From NCBI GenBank assembly GCA_963422645.2, contig CAXXVO010000021.1, forward strand, positions 96,655 to 160,654: a stretch of DNA of 64,000 bases, read 5' to 3'. The stretch is from Alphaproteobacteria bacterium (GTDB lineage Bacteria; Pseudomonadota; Alphaproteobacteria; UBA828). Numbering within the stretch: the stretch's first letter is position 1; each line of letters starts with the position of its first letter. Positions 9,919-20,411 of this stretch are shown here, piece after piece. The position numbers and the translations under genes are program-made. The notes beneath the pieces were generated by a model. That model was given only the letters and a program-made list of their open reading frames with translations. It did not search any database and was not told the origin of the DNA.

Positions 9919-10999
9919 CTTCGATCCCGGTCATCCCTTCAATGACCTCCCGAACCTGCCACCGGCTTCGGAAACCGAGACAAAGGCCATTCTTCGGAGT
10001 TGCATTGCCGCGCGCGCGGCACTGGCGGAACTCCGCGTCTCCGGGAAGCTCATCCCGAACCAGGCGATGCTGATCAACTCGATCCCCCTTCTCGAAGCGC
10101 AGGCGAGTTCCGAGATCGAGAACATCGTGACGACGGCCGACCGGCTGTTCCGCTACGCCAACGACGCGACGGGTCGAGCCGACCCTGCCACCAGGGAAGC
10201 TCTGCGCTACCGCACCGCGTTGCACCGCGGTTTCGAGATGCTGAGCCAACGGCCGGTTTCGACCGTCATGGCGGTCGAGGTCTGTCGAACGATCAAGGGT
10301 GCGGATCTGGATATTCGCAACACGCCGGGAACGGCATTGGTGAACGATGCAACCGACGAGGTCATCTACACGCCGCCGGAGGGAGAGGACGTTCTCCGGG
10401 GCAAGCTCGCCAACTGGGAGCGCTACATTCACGAGGCCGAGGAGATCGACCCGCTGATCCGCCTTGCGGTCATGCATTATCAGTTCGAGGCGATCCACCC
10501 GTTCGTCGACGGAAACGGCCGGACCGGACGCGTGCTGAACCTGCTCTATCTCGTTGACAAGGGCCTGCTCGATGTTCCCGTCCTTTATCTCAGCCGGCAC
10601 ATCATCCGGAACAAGGCGCTCTACTACCGGTATCTGCTCGAGGTGACGACCCGACAGGACTGGGAAGCATGGATACTCTTCATCCTGGAGGCTGTCAGAA
10701 CGACGGCGGAATGGACGACGGCGAAAATCCGCGTGATCCGGGAGCTTCTCGACGAGACGGGCGTCGCAATTCGACAGAGGATGCCGAAAATCTACTCCCG
10801 GGAACTGGCGGAACTGATCTTCGTGCATCCCTACTGCCGGATCGGCGACGTGGTGGCAGCGGACATCGCCAAGCGTCAGACGGCTGCTGTCTATCTGAAA
10901 GCCCTCGCAGCCGAAGGTCTCCTCGAGGAAATCAAGGCTGGGCGCGAGAACCTCTACATCAACCCCCCGCTCCTGGCCCTTCTGTCCGATCACGCTTGA
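9914..10999 (+). CDS. fic: Fic family protein adenylyltransferase (SoFic-like, class II) with C-terminal wHTH
   Basis: HPFVDGNGRTGR Fic motif; inhibitory SSEIEN motif N-terminal to it; ATG at 9914 (MTFDPGHPFNDLP). Confidence 0.93.
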   Translation: MTFDPGHPFNDLPNLPPASETETKAILRSCIAARAALAELRVSGKLIPNQAMLINSIPLLEAQASSEIENIVTTADRLFRYANDATGRADPATREALRYRTALHRGFEMLSQRPVSTVMAVEVCRTIKGADLDIRNTPGTALVNDATDEVIYTPPEGEDVLRGKLANWERYIHEAEEIDPLIRLAVMHYQFEAIHPFVDGNGRTGRVLNLLYLVDKGLLDVPVLYLSRHIIRNKALYYRYLLEVTTRQDWEAWILFILEAVRTTAEWTTAKIRVIRELLDETGVAIRQRMPKIYSRELAELIFVHPYCRIGDVVAADIAKRQTAAVYLKALAAEGLLEEIKAGRENLYINPPLLALLSDHA

Positions 11000-11094
11000 C
11001 TACCCGACACGGCTTAGGGCCGGCATCGGTCATCGTCAACCGGCGCAGTGCATGCCCAACATGACTGGAAGCTTCCGAATCGCGGCGCTAGTTT

Positions 11095-11169
11095 CAGACT
11101 TCCTGACCTCTGCTGATTTTAGGTGACACGAGCCGCGCGGATTCCGAGGCCCCGTCGATGTCGTAGACT
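11095..11169 (-). repeat. Orphan 75-bp right end of the unclassified IS, abutting a full copy
   Basis: Identical to 11170-11244 (CAGACTTCCTGACCTCTGC...TCGTAGACT). Confidence 0.9.
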
Positions 11170-13528
11170 CAGACTTCCTGACCTCTGCTGATTTTAGGTG
11201 ACACGAGCCGCGCGGATTCCGAGGCCCCGTCGATGTCGTAGACTATGCGCAGACGGGTGCCGGGGAAGACCGTTTCGGTGGCGTTCAGGTCGCTCAGAAC
11301 CGCATCGATCCAACGGTCGCAGGCGTCGTTTGCGAGGCCAAGAATGTGGACCCGCAGGAGGCCATTGCCAGGATCCGGCAGGATGTCGGCATCGGCGGTG
11401 AGCAGCGCTTGAAGCAGTTTCCGGGGATGGGGCTTGTGGCCCTGCGCCTGCATGACGGGAAGCATCATGCGGGTTTCGGCGCGGTAGGCGATCATCCGGA
11501 TGACGTCGAGGAGGAGGCGCTCGCGCGCGGGCAAGGCATCGAGCTGCTCGGCTTCGTCGAGGTCGCCGGCCCGGCAGTGCTTGGGCGTCTCCCTGCGGCT
11601 GGCCCTGACGATGTCGCGGACATCCTGGAGGTCCCTGACTTCCCTCCTGAGTTCCGCCGTCGGCTGCTTCTTCCGGGCCGTGTCGGCGATGCGGTTGCGC
11701 AGGCGGCCAAGCTGGCGGTCGAGGCGATGGATTGCCTTGTCATAGGCCCGCCGCAGCGGGTTGACGACCATGGCGGCGGGATCGAGAGGCTCGAGCTCGT
11801 GGGTCGGCAGGGCGTCGAGATTGAACTCGTCACGCATGTACTTGAAGAAGTTCTCCTGCGACCAGCGCGAGAACATGGCGCCCGCAACCTCAGCCATCGG
11901 CTTGTGCGGATCGGTGGTGATCAGCGGCACCTGACGGCCGTTGTCGAGCAGGCGGCGGATCTGGCGCACCCTGAAGCCGTTCGGCAACGTCACCGGCTTC
12001 TCAGCCAGCCGCATGGTGGCGCTGCCGTCCGCCGCCGGTCCGTGAATGGGAACGGTCATCGCGCCGAAGTCCTCGGCCGGCCAGTCCTCGCCCCTGAAGT
12101 TCTTGTGCCAGGTCAGGCAGGCGACGCCGCGCCTCGCCAGCCGGCGGAACAGATCCGGGCTCCAGCCCTCGCGGTCGAAGACCAGGGTGAGCGCCGGCTG
12201 GCCGGGATGCTCGGCGGTCAGGTCCGGCGCCCCGGCGCCAACGATCCCAAGCTCCTGCAGCGCCGGCACCACGTCGGCTTCGATGGCCGCGACCATCTTC
12301 GGGTCCAGCGGCTTGTGCAGACAGAGCAGCGGCTTGCCGCCCAGAGCGTTGATCCAGTAGCTGGCGCTCGCCGGCAGGCACAGCTTCTCGCGCGAGACGA
12401 AGTGCTTGGGCAAGCGCCCCTTGCGGCCGGAGTAGACCTTGACGTGCCCGTCGATGGCCAGCGTCGCCCAGAGCTCCGGCTCGTCGGCGCCTGCCAGCGC
12501 CTGGCAAGGGCGAGCTGCCACGCCCGCACGCCGGCCTCGTCGTCGGCGATGAGAGCGATCTTGCGGCGCAGCGTCTTGACCTCGGGGCAGCGATCGAGGC
12601 CGAGAATGGCGCCCCATTCGCCCGGCGCCTGGTAGCGCAGGCTCTCGGGGTTGCGCACCCGCGCCAAGGTCATGAAGGCCAGGAAGAGCAGGATCGTAGG
12701 CAAGCCGTAATAGCCCTTCGGCAGCAATGGCAGGAGACCGGTCTCGGAGAGAAGACCTTCCTTCAGCAGGGCCGGCAGGGCGGCGAGCACGCCGCCGAAG
12801 CGGACACCGCGGGCGGCGGCGGCGAACTGCGGTTCGACCGGCCCCGCCTGTCCACAACTGGCCAGAACCCGAGCCGGAACATCGCAAGTCGCACGCCCCA
12901 TCGGCGCCTGCCGGTCCCGCCGATCGCGCGCGCTGCGATCCGTTTGCGGCTGCGCTTCCAGCCCCGGCGCCGTCTCCGGCCCCGGGGCACCGGTACTCTC
13001 TTCATCGACACGGCCTTCAGGAGCCGCACCCGCGTCAGGCGGCGCAGCCAGCGCTGAGCGTCCGGGCTCCCCATCCGCCTCCGTGTTGCCGATCAGTCCC
13101 TGACGGCGCCACTTGTTGACCGATGGCGCTGACACGCCGAGAACCCGGGCCGCCGCAGAGCCGCTCAGGCCCGATGCCAGCAACGCCGTCGCCTTCTCCG
13201 CCAACTCCGGAGTGAACACCGACGGCCCGCGACCGCGCCGGGGCTTCATGAACCCCGCTTCGCCCTCGGCCAGGTAGCGCCGTCGTGCGCGCTGCACCGT
13301 CGCGCGCGAGACAGCGAAAGCGTCAGCCAGTTCCTGCGGCGAGACCGCGCTGATCGCCGCGAGGCGGCCGATCCGCAAGAGCATGGCCGTGCGGTCATCG
13401 GCGGCGTGGCTGTCAAAGGGAATGAGGTTGGAAAAGTAGGTGAAGGTGTCGTCCGAGATCAGGACGGCGAAGCAGCTGTTGCCGATCGAGACCGCCTCTG
13501 GAGGGCACATTGGGAGGGTACTGGGCAT
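11169..13528 (-). pseudogene. Large (about 785 aa) DDE transposase with two N-terminal HTH-like motifs, frameshifted near 12488
   Basis: Candidate catalytic motifs IDGH, FDREG, RWSQENFFKY; ORFs 12218-13528 and 11169-12887 join if 2 nt are removed. Confidence 0.8.
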
Positions 13529-13682
13529 GGTTGAGACCGTGCAATTGGTATCAAATTATAATATCAGACCTCGGGCGCGACACCCAGCGAAAAACCGCCT
13601 GAAACAACCGAAATGTATCAGAATTCAAGGAGTTCCCGGCACGCTGCCCAGAACAGCCAGCATCACGAGGTCAGGAAGTCTG
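11170..13682 (-). mobile_element. Unclassified 2.5-kb DDE insertion sequence, copy 1
   Basis: 16-bp perfect IR CAGACTTCCTGACCTC at both ends; near-identical to 61011-63522. Confidence 0.9.
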
Positions 13683-14373
13683 AGGCTGCACGTCGACACG
13701 GCCGATGGCGGAGTCCCCATCAGCTGCATCATGACGTCTGCGTCGACGCATGACTCCCAGGTGGCGATTCCCTTGGGAACCCTGACGGCCGGGCGGGTCG
13801 AGAGCCTCTATGACCTTATGGACGCGGGCTATGATTCCATCGAGATCTGGGCGCACAGCATCTCGCTTGGCCACAAGCCGATCATCGACGTGAACCCGCG
13901 CCGCTCGGTCGACATGCAAGAGGCGTTGAGGCGCGAGAAGAAGGCGCGGCGGGCACTCGGTCTCTTCTTTCCCGCAGAGCGTCGCTACGTCGTGCGCTCG
14001 GGGTCCGAGCGGATCAATGGGCGGCTCAAGGATGAGTTCGGCGGCCGCCATGTCCGCGTGCGCGGGTACGACAAGGTGCTCGCCCACCTGATGTTCGGCA
14101 TGACCGTTCTGAAGGCCAGCCAGCTGATGCGCCTCATCGTTCCGCCGATCTAGTCCGGCTCGTCTCCTTCGCCAACACGGTGGCCGCACTTCTCGAAAGA
14201 GGGTGCGGCCAAACGCGCCCGAAGTTCGATGAAAATACCGAATCGGAGGCTGTGCCAACGCTGATCTGATCATGGTCGCCATCAAAATCGCGCCAATTGC
14301 CGTGCGCCGTCGTCGCTGCTGGCTTGGGTGTTCTTGCGCCGCTCCGAATCGATCAGAGTTTTGCAAGCGGCTC
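13683..14373 (+). mobile_element. 3' remnant of an IS5/IS1182-like element (transposase fragment 13683-14153 plus right IR)
   Basis: RLHVDTADGGVPIS..TSASTHDSQ, YDLMDAGYD, R...ERINGRLKDEFG motifs; terminal GAGTTTTGCAAGCGGCTC at 14356-14373. Confidence 0.75.
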
Positions 14374-15382
14374 CCTGTCCAAAACCAGAAAAGTGCGCAC
14401 GAAAGTCCGCGTAGTAGCGAAGATGCTTGTTTATCATGCTCGGGACTTGTCCAGCAGAAAATCATTTTGCCGGGCAGCTCGAAATATTCCTGTTCGTCTT
14501 TAAGGATCGAAGCCCACTCGTTCTGGGAGACGGGCATGCCGAAAGGTCTTCCAATCAACTTTGAGCCTGCAAGCATCCTGGGTCCCGGCGCAACAGGAAT
14601 CAACCGAACAATGCGAACGCCATGATCAGTGGAAAGTCCAAAACTTTCAAGCACTCTGGATGGCTCACGCCATATGAGGGCAATCGATGTCAATGCGAGG
14701 CGGGCTGCGAGAATGGTGCGCTCCTCTCCCAATTGCTGTGACATTTCTTCGGTCGTAACGGTGCAAACCATTTGAGCATCGCACAAGACGCGAAAAATCG
14801 ACTCTTCCCGAATCGAATCAAGCGAAGACTCGCGTTTCCTCAACTTCTTTCCACAAAAGACACGCGTTAGCCGACGATGAGTTATGTTGCTGATATCGCA
14901 ATTCTTCAGGGCATGATCCAACCATCCTGACGTTGTTTCGAAGACAACAGGTCCTATCGCAAATGGGTCTCTTGAGGGTTCGGAAAATAGTCGACACCTA
15001 GTGATCGACCGCGAGAGCCGTGCTGGACGGAATACTCGTCCAATCTTGATTCAATTTTCACTTTCAACTGTTTTGCGTTTTCGCGAGCAGTCCGACTTAA
15101 TTCCAGTTGTGCTAGAGCGGGATCGAATGCTGCTCTTGTCGTTGAAAGCCATTCCTTAAGGCTGTGTTTATCACGAGCATAGGGTTGTTGCTGGAGCATC
15201 CAGTCCGCGACCTTTTGTATTTCAGTTTCAATCACTTCATTCGTCACGATGGAACCACCCGAGCCAGCGTAAATCAGGCTAGGTAAACCCTGGCCGTCTT
15301 GCTGCAAGTGGCGCACTGGATCGAGGTGGATGACGCTGAGTTCGTGGATAATTCGTTCAAGTGGACCGTAGATGTCAGTCAT
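14374..15382 (-). pseudogene. Lower-GC hypothetical protein, probably HEPN-domain family; frameshift near 14998 and C-terminus cut by an IS
   Basis: ORF 14954-15382 joins the frame of 13671-14921 if one G is added (LG-CRLFSEPSRDPFAIGPVVFE); ends at ALFWFW at the IS edge; HEPN call is from recall only. Confidence 0.5.
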
Positions 15383-15767
15383 GTGATATGGGTCTCCGAT
15401 GTTGGTGTAAAGACGTTCACACTCTCAACGATTTTCCCGGTCCGGTCGGCGAGGCGGCCCCGGCTTTCTAAACGAGTCAGTAAGGGCGGCACGAGCGCTG
15501 GTTTCTGCCTTTGCTCCTCTCCGCGTACCCGCTGAAATTTACCGGTCGCGATGACTGGCGCTCCTTCACGGCGACCGCACCGGCGCTGATGAAGGCTCGT
15601 CCCCTCGACACGATCCCAGACATTTAGCATATGTTCCGCTCCACCCTAGGTGAACCTCCATGGTTCTTTGCCTGCATCGTAGCGGTCGAGGCCACCAGGG
15701 CCGGTGTGCACCACCGCCTTCATCGTGCGGCTCATCGGTAACTCCACCTTGTGGGCCTGTGGGTTTG

Positions 15768-17176
15768 TGTCGAGAACATTCTGAACTGACCGGTTTATGT
15801 ACCAGATGAGTTGACCGCTTCTGCTGTTGGTGTTGGGCCTGTGGACAAGTGGTCAGGCGCGGAGCGGCTATCCACTTGTCCACAGGCCCTTGGCCGGTCG
15901 CATCGAAGCGGCTCACGCGGCCTGCCGGGTTGAGGTGTCGATGGGCTCGCCGGCGGCCTTGTAGCGGGCGAGGCATCGGGGTCCGTGGAAGACGGCGAGT
16001 GTGCGGTCGGGATACTCGTGCACCCGGACCGTGGCCTTGACGTAGTGGCGGCGGTGGCGGTCGGGCGGGATCTGCAGCGTCAGCCCGCGATAGCGCACGG
16101 TGTTGTCGTTGCCGACGACGCGGTCCTCCTGGACGCAGAGGATGTCATCGAGCGCGGCGCCGGCGGCGAAGGGCACGAAGGCGGAGCCCTGGCCCTCGGC
16201 CGGGGTGGCGAAGCGGGCGTTGTGGAGCGGCAGGTAGACCTCCTTGAGGAAGCGGTTGGCCTCTTCGATCGCGCTGATGCCGGCGAGCCGGAGCTCCTGG
16301 GGCAAGCGTTTCTGCAAGGTGCCGAACATGCGCTCGGAGCGCCCCCTGGCCTCGGGCGAATACGCCGGGATCAGCTCGATGCCGAGCCGGTGCAGCGCGC
16401 GCCCCACCTGGGTCGGATTGTCCTTGTCCACCTTGCCGCCCGCGTCCGGCGTGTGCCAGTAGTGGCTGGCCCGGTCGGCATAGAGCGAGCAGAACAGCCC
16501 GCGCTCCCCGATCACCTCACAGAGCGCCGGAAGCTCGACATCGTGCCCTCTTCCTCGACGAAGAAGGCCGAGTAGATCTCGCTCGTGGCGTCGTCCATGG
16601 TGACGATCAGGTCCCACCAGCGGCCGCGAACCCACTCATGCCGCGAGCCGTCCTGGTGCACCATCATGCCAGGCAGCGCGCGCCGCGGCCGCTTGCGCCG
16701 GTGCGCGCCGCGCCGGGGTGCCGGGCGCATGCGCCCACGTGCCTGCAAGGTCAGCCGTACCCAGTTGTAGCTGCGCTTGCAGCCGTGCTCGGCGACCAGC
16801 TTCTCGTGGAAGTGCTTGGCGGTGAAGTCCCAGTAGCGGGTGTCGAAGAGCGCAAGCACCCGCGCCACCTCGTCCACCGGCGCGCGCCGGGCCGAGACCC
16901 GGCTCAGGCGGCGATCGTAGAGACCCTCCGCGCCTTCCGCCTCAAAGCGACCGCGCCAGCGCCGGAAGGTGCGCTCCGACATGCCCAGAACCTCCGCCGC
17001 CTCCGCCTGGCTAAGCTCACGGCGCAACGTGCGCCCATAAACCTCTTCGAACTTCATCAATCTCAGCCCCTGTGCCTGCTCCGTCCGACGCATCCAAACC
17101 CTCCATGGCCTGGATGCCTTCTAAAACCGGACAGATCATCTGGTACATGCACCGGACATATCCCGTGTTACCAACA
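15768..17176 (-). mobile_element. ISNCY/IS1202-type (IS481-related) insertion sequence
   Basis: TGT...ACA ends sharing CCGGT..ATGTACCAGATGA subterminal motifs and GGACA repeats. Confidence 0.85.
15913..17093 (-). pseudogene. HTH + rve-type transposase, frameshifted near 16530
   Basis: QAEAAEVLGMSERTFRRW HTH, HQDGSRHEW, LYADRASHY, SPEARGRSER; frames join if one G is added at TTCCGG^CGCTC. Confidence 0.85.
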
Positions 17177-17180
17177 GTTA

Positions 17181-19068
17181 GTAACTGCCCAGGTCGTCTG
17201 ATTTGTCATTTTGGGCCAGTGGATTGAGGCGTTTCTCGTTCGGAGTTGGTGGAAAGGGCTTGACGGGAATTTCGGGAAATGACTCAACAACGACATGAGC
17301 AATCCCGAGTCGCCGCGCGGCCCTTCGACGGGAGCAGCGCCCGAAACGCCCGCGCAGAAGATCGCCCGCCTGGAGGAGGAGAACGCCCGGCTTCGGGAGG
17401 AAAATGCCTGGCTTCGGCAGCAGAACGCGCGGCTGGAAGAGCAAGTCGCGCGTCTCGTCGAGCGCATCGAGGAGTTGGAGCGCCGTCTCGGCCTCAACAG
17501 CGGCAACAGCGGCAAGCCGCCTTCGAGCGATGGGCTGAGGAAGCCGAATTCGAAGCGGCGAACCCGAAGCCTGCGCGGCAAATCGGGCCGCAAGCCCGGT
17601 GGCCAGCCCGGCCACAAGGGCAAGACGCTGCGCCGCGCCGATCACCCGGATCGGGTGAAGGATCACGTCCCGGCTTCCTGCAAGGGATGCGGTTCGCCGC
17701 TTTCGGACGCGGCCAGGGCGGGAACGCCCGTCGCCCGCCAGGTGTTCGATCTGCCCGAGCCGAGCCCCCTGGAGGTGACCGAGCACCGGGCGCATGCCAA
17801 GTGCTGCGGGCATTGCGGGACGGTGACCCGGGCGGCGTTCCCCGACGGGGTGTCGGCGCCGGTGCAGTACGGCCCGCGCATTGCCGGGGTGGCGGTCTAC
17901 CTTCAGCACGCTCACTTCCTGCCGGAGGATCGGCTGTCGCAGGTGATGGCCGAGCTCTTCGGCGCGCCGGTGACGGCTGCGACGTTGGCGACGATGAGCG
18001 AGAGGGCGGCCGAGCGGCTGCGGGACGCGGCCTTGCACATACAGGACCTGGCGGCGGGCACGGCGCGGGTGAAACACATGGACGAGACCGGCTTGCGGAT
18101 CGGCGGTCAGACGCAGTGGCTTCATGTGATCTGCACGCCGCTGCTGGCGGCGTACCGGGTCAGCGGCAAGCGCGGCGCCCTGCTCTCGGGTGTCTCCGGC
18201 ATCGTCGTGCACGATCACTGGAAGCCGTACTTCGCGATGGAAGGGGTGGAGCACGGCCTGTGCAACGCCCATCACCTGCGGGAGTTGCAGGCGCTGGTGG
18301 ACATCGAAGGGGAGGCTTGGGCCCGGCGGATGCAGCAGCTCCTGCGCCGAGCCAATCGCGCCGCCCGCATCGCGCTGGACAAGGATATCGCCGTTCCGGC
18401 GAGGCTTGTGGCGCTGATCGAGCGCCGATACGACGAGATCATCGCCGATGCGCTGGCCTTTCACGAGAGCCAACCACCGTTCTCGCCTGGCAAGAGGAAG
18501 AAGCGCCGGAAGCGAAGGATCGGTCACAATCTGGCCTTGAGGCTGCGCGACCACAAATGCGCGGTGCTCCGGTTCCTGATCGACCTCGAGGTCGGGTTCA
18601 CGAACAACGAGGCCGAGCGCGACCTTCGGATGATGAAGCTGCGCCAGAAGATCTCCGGGGGCTTCCGGTCCGCGCAGGGGGCCGAGAACTTCGCCATCCT
18701 GCGCAGCGTCATCACCACCGCCAGAAAGCAGGGCTGGAATATCATCGAAGCCCTGACCAGCCCATCGGATCGGCTCATCGCCACCGTCAAGTGCGCGTAA
18801 GCTCACCTGGCACGGGTTCTCCAACAGCGGAGCCATTCTCATAAACGATCATGGTCGACGCCGTGCTGGACCACCCCATAGAATGAAAATCGGTGCCCGT
18901 CGCGCGGGCGGACTTCGGGCCACATCGGGGTAGCTTACCGGTCGCAGTCCGCAAGAGGGGCATCGTGAGCTGTGAAACCCGGCGACCACAGAGGAGCACA
19001 CGGGCGTCGCGTGGGTAGCGTTGTGCCGAATCCCAGAGAATTTTCACAGCAAGAACCTGGGCAGTTAC
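17181..19068 (+). mobile_element. Complete IS66-family (ISBst12 group) insertion sequence
   Basis: IRs GTAACTGCCCAGGT / ACCTGGGCAGTTAC; single transposase ORF; no 8-bp target duplication seen. Confidence 0.92.
17295..18800 (+). CDS. IS66 family transposase
   Basis: Leucine-zipper N-terminus, NSGKPPSSDG, GGQPGHKG, HMDETG, CNAHHLREL, TNNEAERDLR; 501 aa, intact. Confidence 0.95.
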   Translation: MSNPESPRGPSTGAAPETPAQKIARLEEENARLREENAWLRQQNARLEEQVARLVERIEELERRLGLNSGNSGKPPSSDGLRKPNSKRRTRSLRGKSGRKPGGQPGHKGKTLRRADHPDRVKDHVPASCKGCGSPLSDAARAGTPVARQVFDLPEPSPLEVTEHRAHAKCCGHCGTVTRAAFPDGVSAPVQYGPRIAGVAVYLQHAHFLPEDRLSQVMAELFGAPVTAATLATMSERAAERLRDAALHIQDLAAGTARVKHMDETGLRIGGQTQWLHVICTPLLAAYRVSGKRGALLSGVSGIVVHDHWKPYFAMEGVEHGLCNAHHLRELQALVDIEGEAWARRMQQLLRRANRAARIALDKDIAVPARLVALIERRYDEIIADALAFHESQPPFSPGKRKKRRKRRIGHNLALRLRDHKCAVLRFLIDLEVGFTNNEAERDLRMMKLRQKISGGFRSAQGAENFAILRSVITTARKQGWNIIEALTSPSDRLIATVKCA

Positions 19069-19099
19069 AAATTTTCACAGCAAGAACCTGGGCAGTTAC
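19039..19099. repeat. Tandem duplication (31-bp period) of the IS66 right end
   Basis: AATTTTCACAGCAAGAACCTGGGCAGTTAC at 19039-19068 and 19070-19099. Confidence 0.9.
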
Positions 19100-19154
19100 C
19101 TAGAAAGCCCCCACCGGCCTTGACACGGGCGGCGGGGCGCGGAGAGTGCGGGCC

Positions 19155-20015
19155 ATGGACGCCGACGCGATCAAGCGTGAAACCGAGCTCGTTCGGGCCG
19201 ACTGGGCTGGGCGCGGGCGCCATTGGGACCGGCGAGCCGACGAGATCGCCGAGCAGGCGGCGCGCATGAATGCACCGCTGATCGAGGCGGCCGACATCGC
19301 GCCGGGCCAGCGGGTCTGCGACATCGCCACAGGCGCCGGCGAGCCTGCGCTCAGTGTCGCAGCCCTGGTGGGCGCGGAAGGCCGTGTCTTCGGCACCGAC
19401 CTTTGCCCCGAGATGATGCTGGGCGCCCGGCGCCGGGCCGCTGCCCAGGGGCTTCGCAACATCACCTTCAGGACCGCCGACATGCTGGCGCTGCCCGATT
19501 CGGAGTCAGCGTTCGACCGGGTGATCTGCCGCTTTGGCCTGATGTTCTGTCCGACGCCAGCGCGCGCCGCTGCCGAGGCCAGGCGCGTGCTCAAGCCCGG
19601 CGGCCGGGTGGCTTATCTGGTCTGGGGCCCGCGCGAGGAGACCACCATGTTCGTCGTCTTCGTCGCTGCCGCCGAATCCGTGCTGGGCCCTCTCGATACG
19701 CTGGACGACATCGACCTCGCCCGGCCCTTCTCGCTCGGCACCCCTGGCGCGCTCGTCCAGGCGCTCGGCGACGGCGGCCTGGCGGACGTGGAAGAGCGCG
19801 AGGTCCGCTTCGCGCCCCGGGTGCCGGCGCAGGCGCCCTTCTGGCAGGCCCAGTTCGACATGACCTTCGGCCGCGCCCTGGATGGCACCTCGGAGGCAAC
19901 GCAGAGTGCCCTGAAAGAAGCCGTCGCGGCGGGCTTCGAGCGCCTGAGAGAGGGCGACGAAGTCCCGATGAACGTTCATGTGCGGATCGGCACAGGCGTG
20001 AAGCCGGCAGACTGA
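19155..20015 (+). CDS. Class I SAM-dependent methyltransferase (UbiE-like)
   Basis: VCDIATGAGEP motif I, FDRVICRFGLMF, LKPGG. Confidence 0.85.
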   Translation: MDADAIKRETELVRADWAGRGRHWDRRADEIAEQAARMNAPLIEAADIAPGQRVCDIATGAGEPALSVAALVGAEGRVFGTDLCPEMMLGARRRAAAQGLRNITFRTADMLALPDSESAFDRVICRFGLMFCPTPARAAAEARRVLKPGGRVAYLVWGPREETTMFVVFVAAAESVLGPLDTLDDIDLARPFSLGTPGALVQALGDGGLADVEEREVRFAPRVPAQAPFWQAQFDMTFGRALDGTSEATQSALKEAVAAGFERLREGDEVPMNVHVRIGTGVKPAD

Positions 20016-20130
20016 GCCCGCGCCTAAGCCGGCGCCAGGATCGCCAGGATCGGCCCGCCCCATAAATATTTGTGGTAAAACAGCGCGTTACGCGCGATTA
20101 GCGTCGTCTGGAGACACTCGTCATTCGAAT

Positions 20131-20319
20131 TTACCCGGAGTGTGCGTGCCCGCTCTCCAGCCGCGCGATCTCGTCCTTGAGCCGGAGCTTCTGGCGCTTG
20201 AGCTCCTGAATTTCGAGATCGTCGCCGCGGCCTGCGAGCGTGTCGATTTTCGCATTGAGCGACTGATGTTCGGCGCGCAACGCCTCCAGGCTCTGCGCGA
20301 TCGAGTCCTGATCGGTCAT
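20131..20319 (-). CDS. DUF465/YdcH family small coiled-coil protein
   Basis: LRAEH...LEIQELKRQKLRLKDEIARLE signature. Confidence 0.85.
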   Translation of the reverse strand: MTDQDSIAQSLEALRAEHQSLNAKIDTLAGRGDDLEIQELKRQKLRLKDEIARLESGHAHSG

Positions 20320-20411
20320 TCGTCCCCCTTCGTGCTGTCCAAGTCGGAGCGTCGACGCCCGACTCTACGGATATAGTGGCAGAAGGCCGGCGCGAAAAGG
20401 CGTCGCGGCGC

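Noticed and set aside
13440-13682. N-terminal part of ORF 13440-14153 (and 60999-61253)
   Set aside because: Read-through from the left end of the unclassified IS; only 13683-14153 is transposase-like
15585-15620. CTGATGA suggesting a hammerhead ribozyme core
   Set aside because: No GAAA partner or stems in the right arrangement
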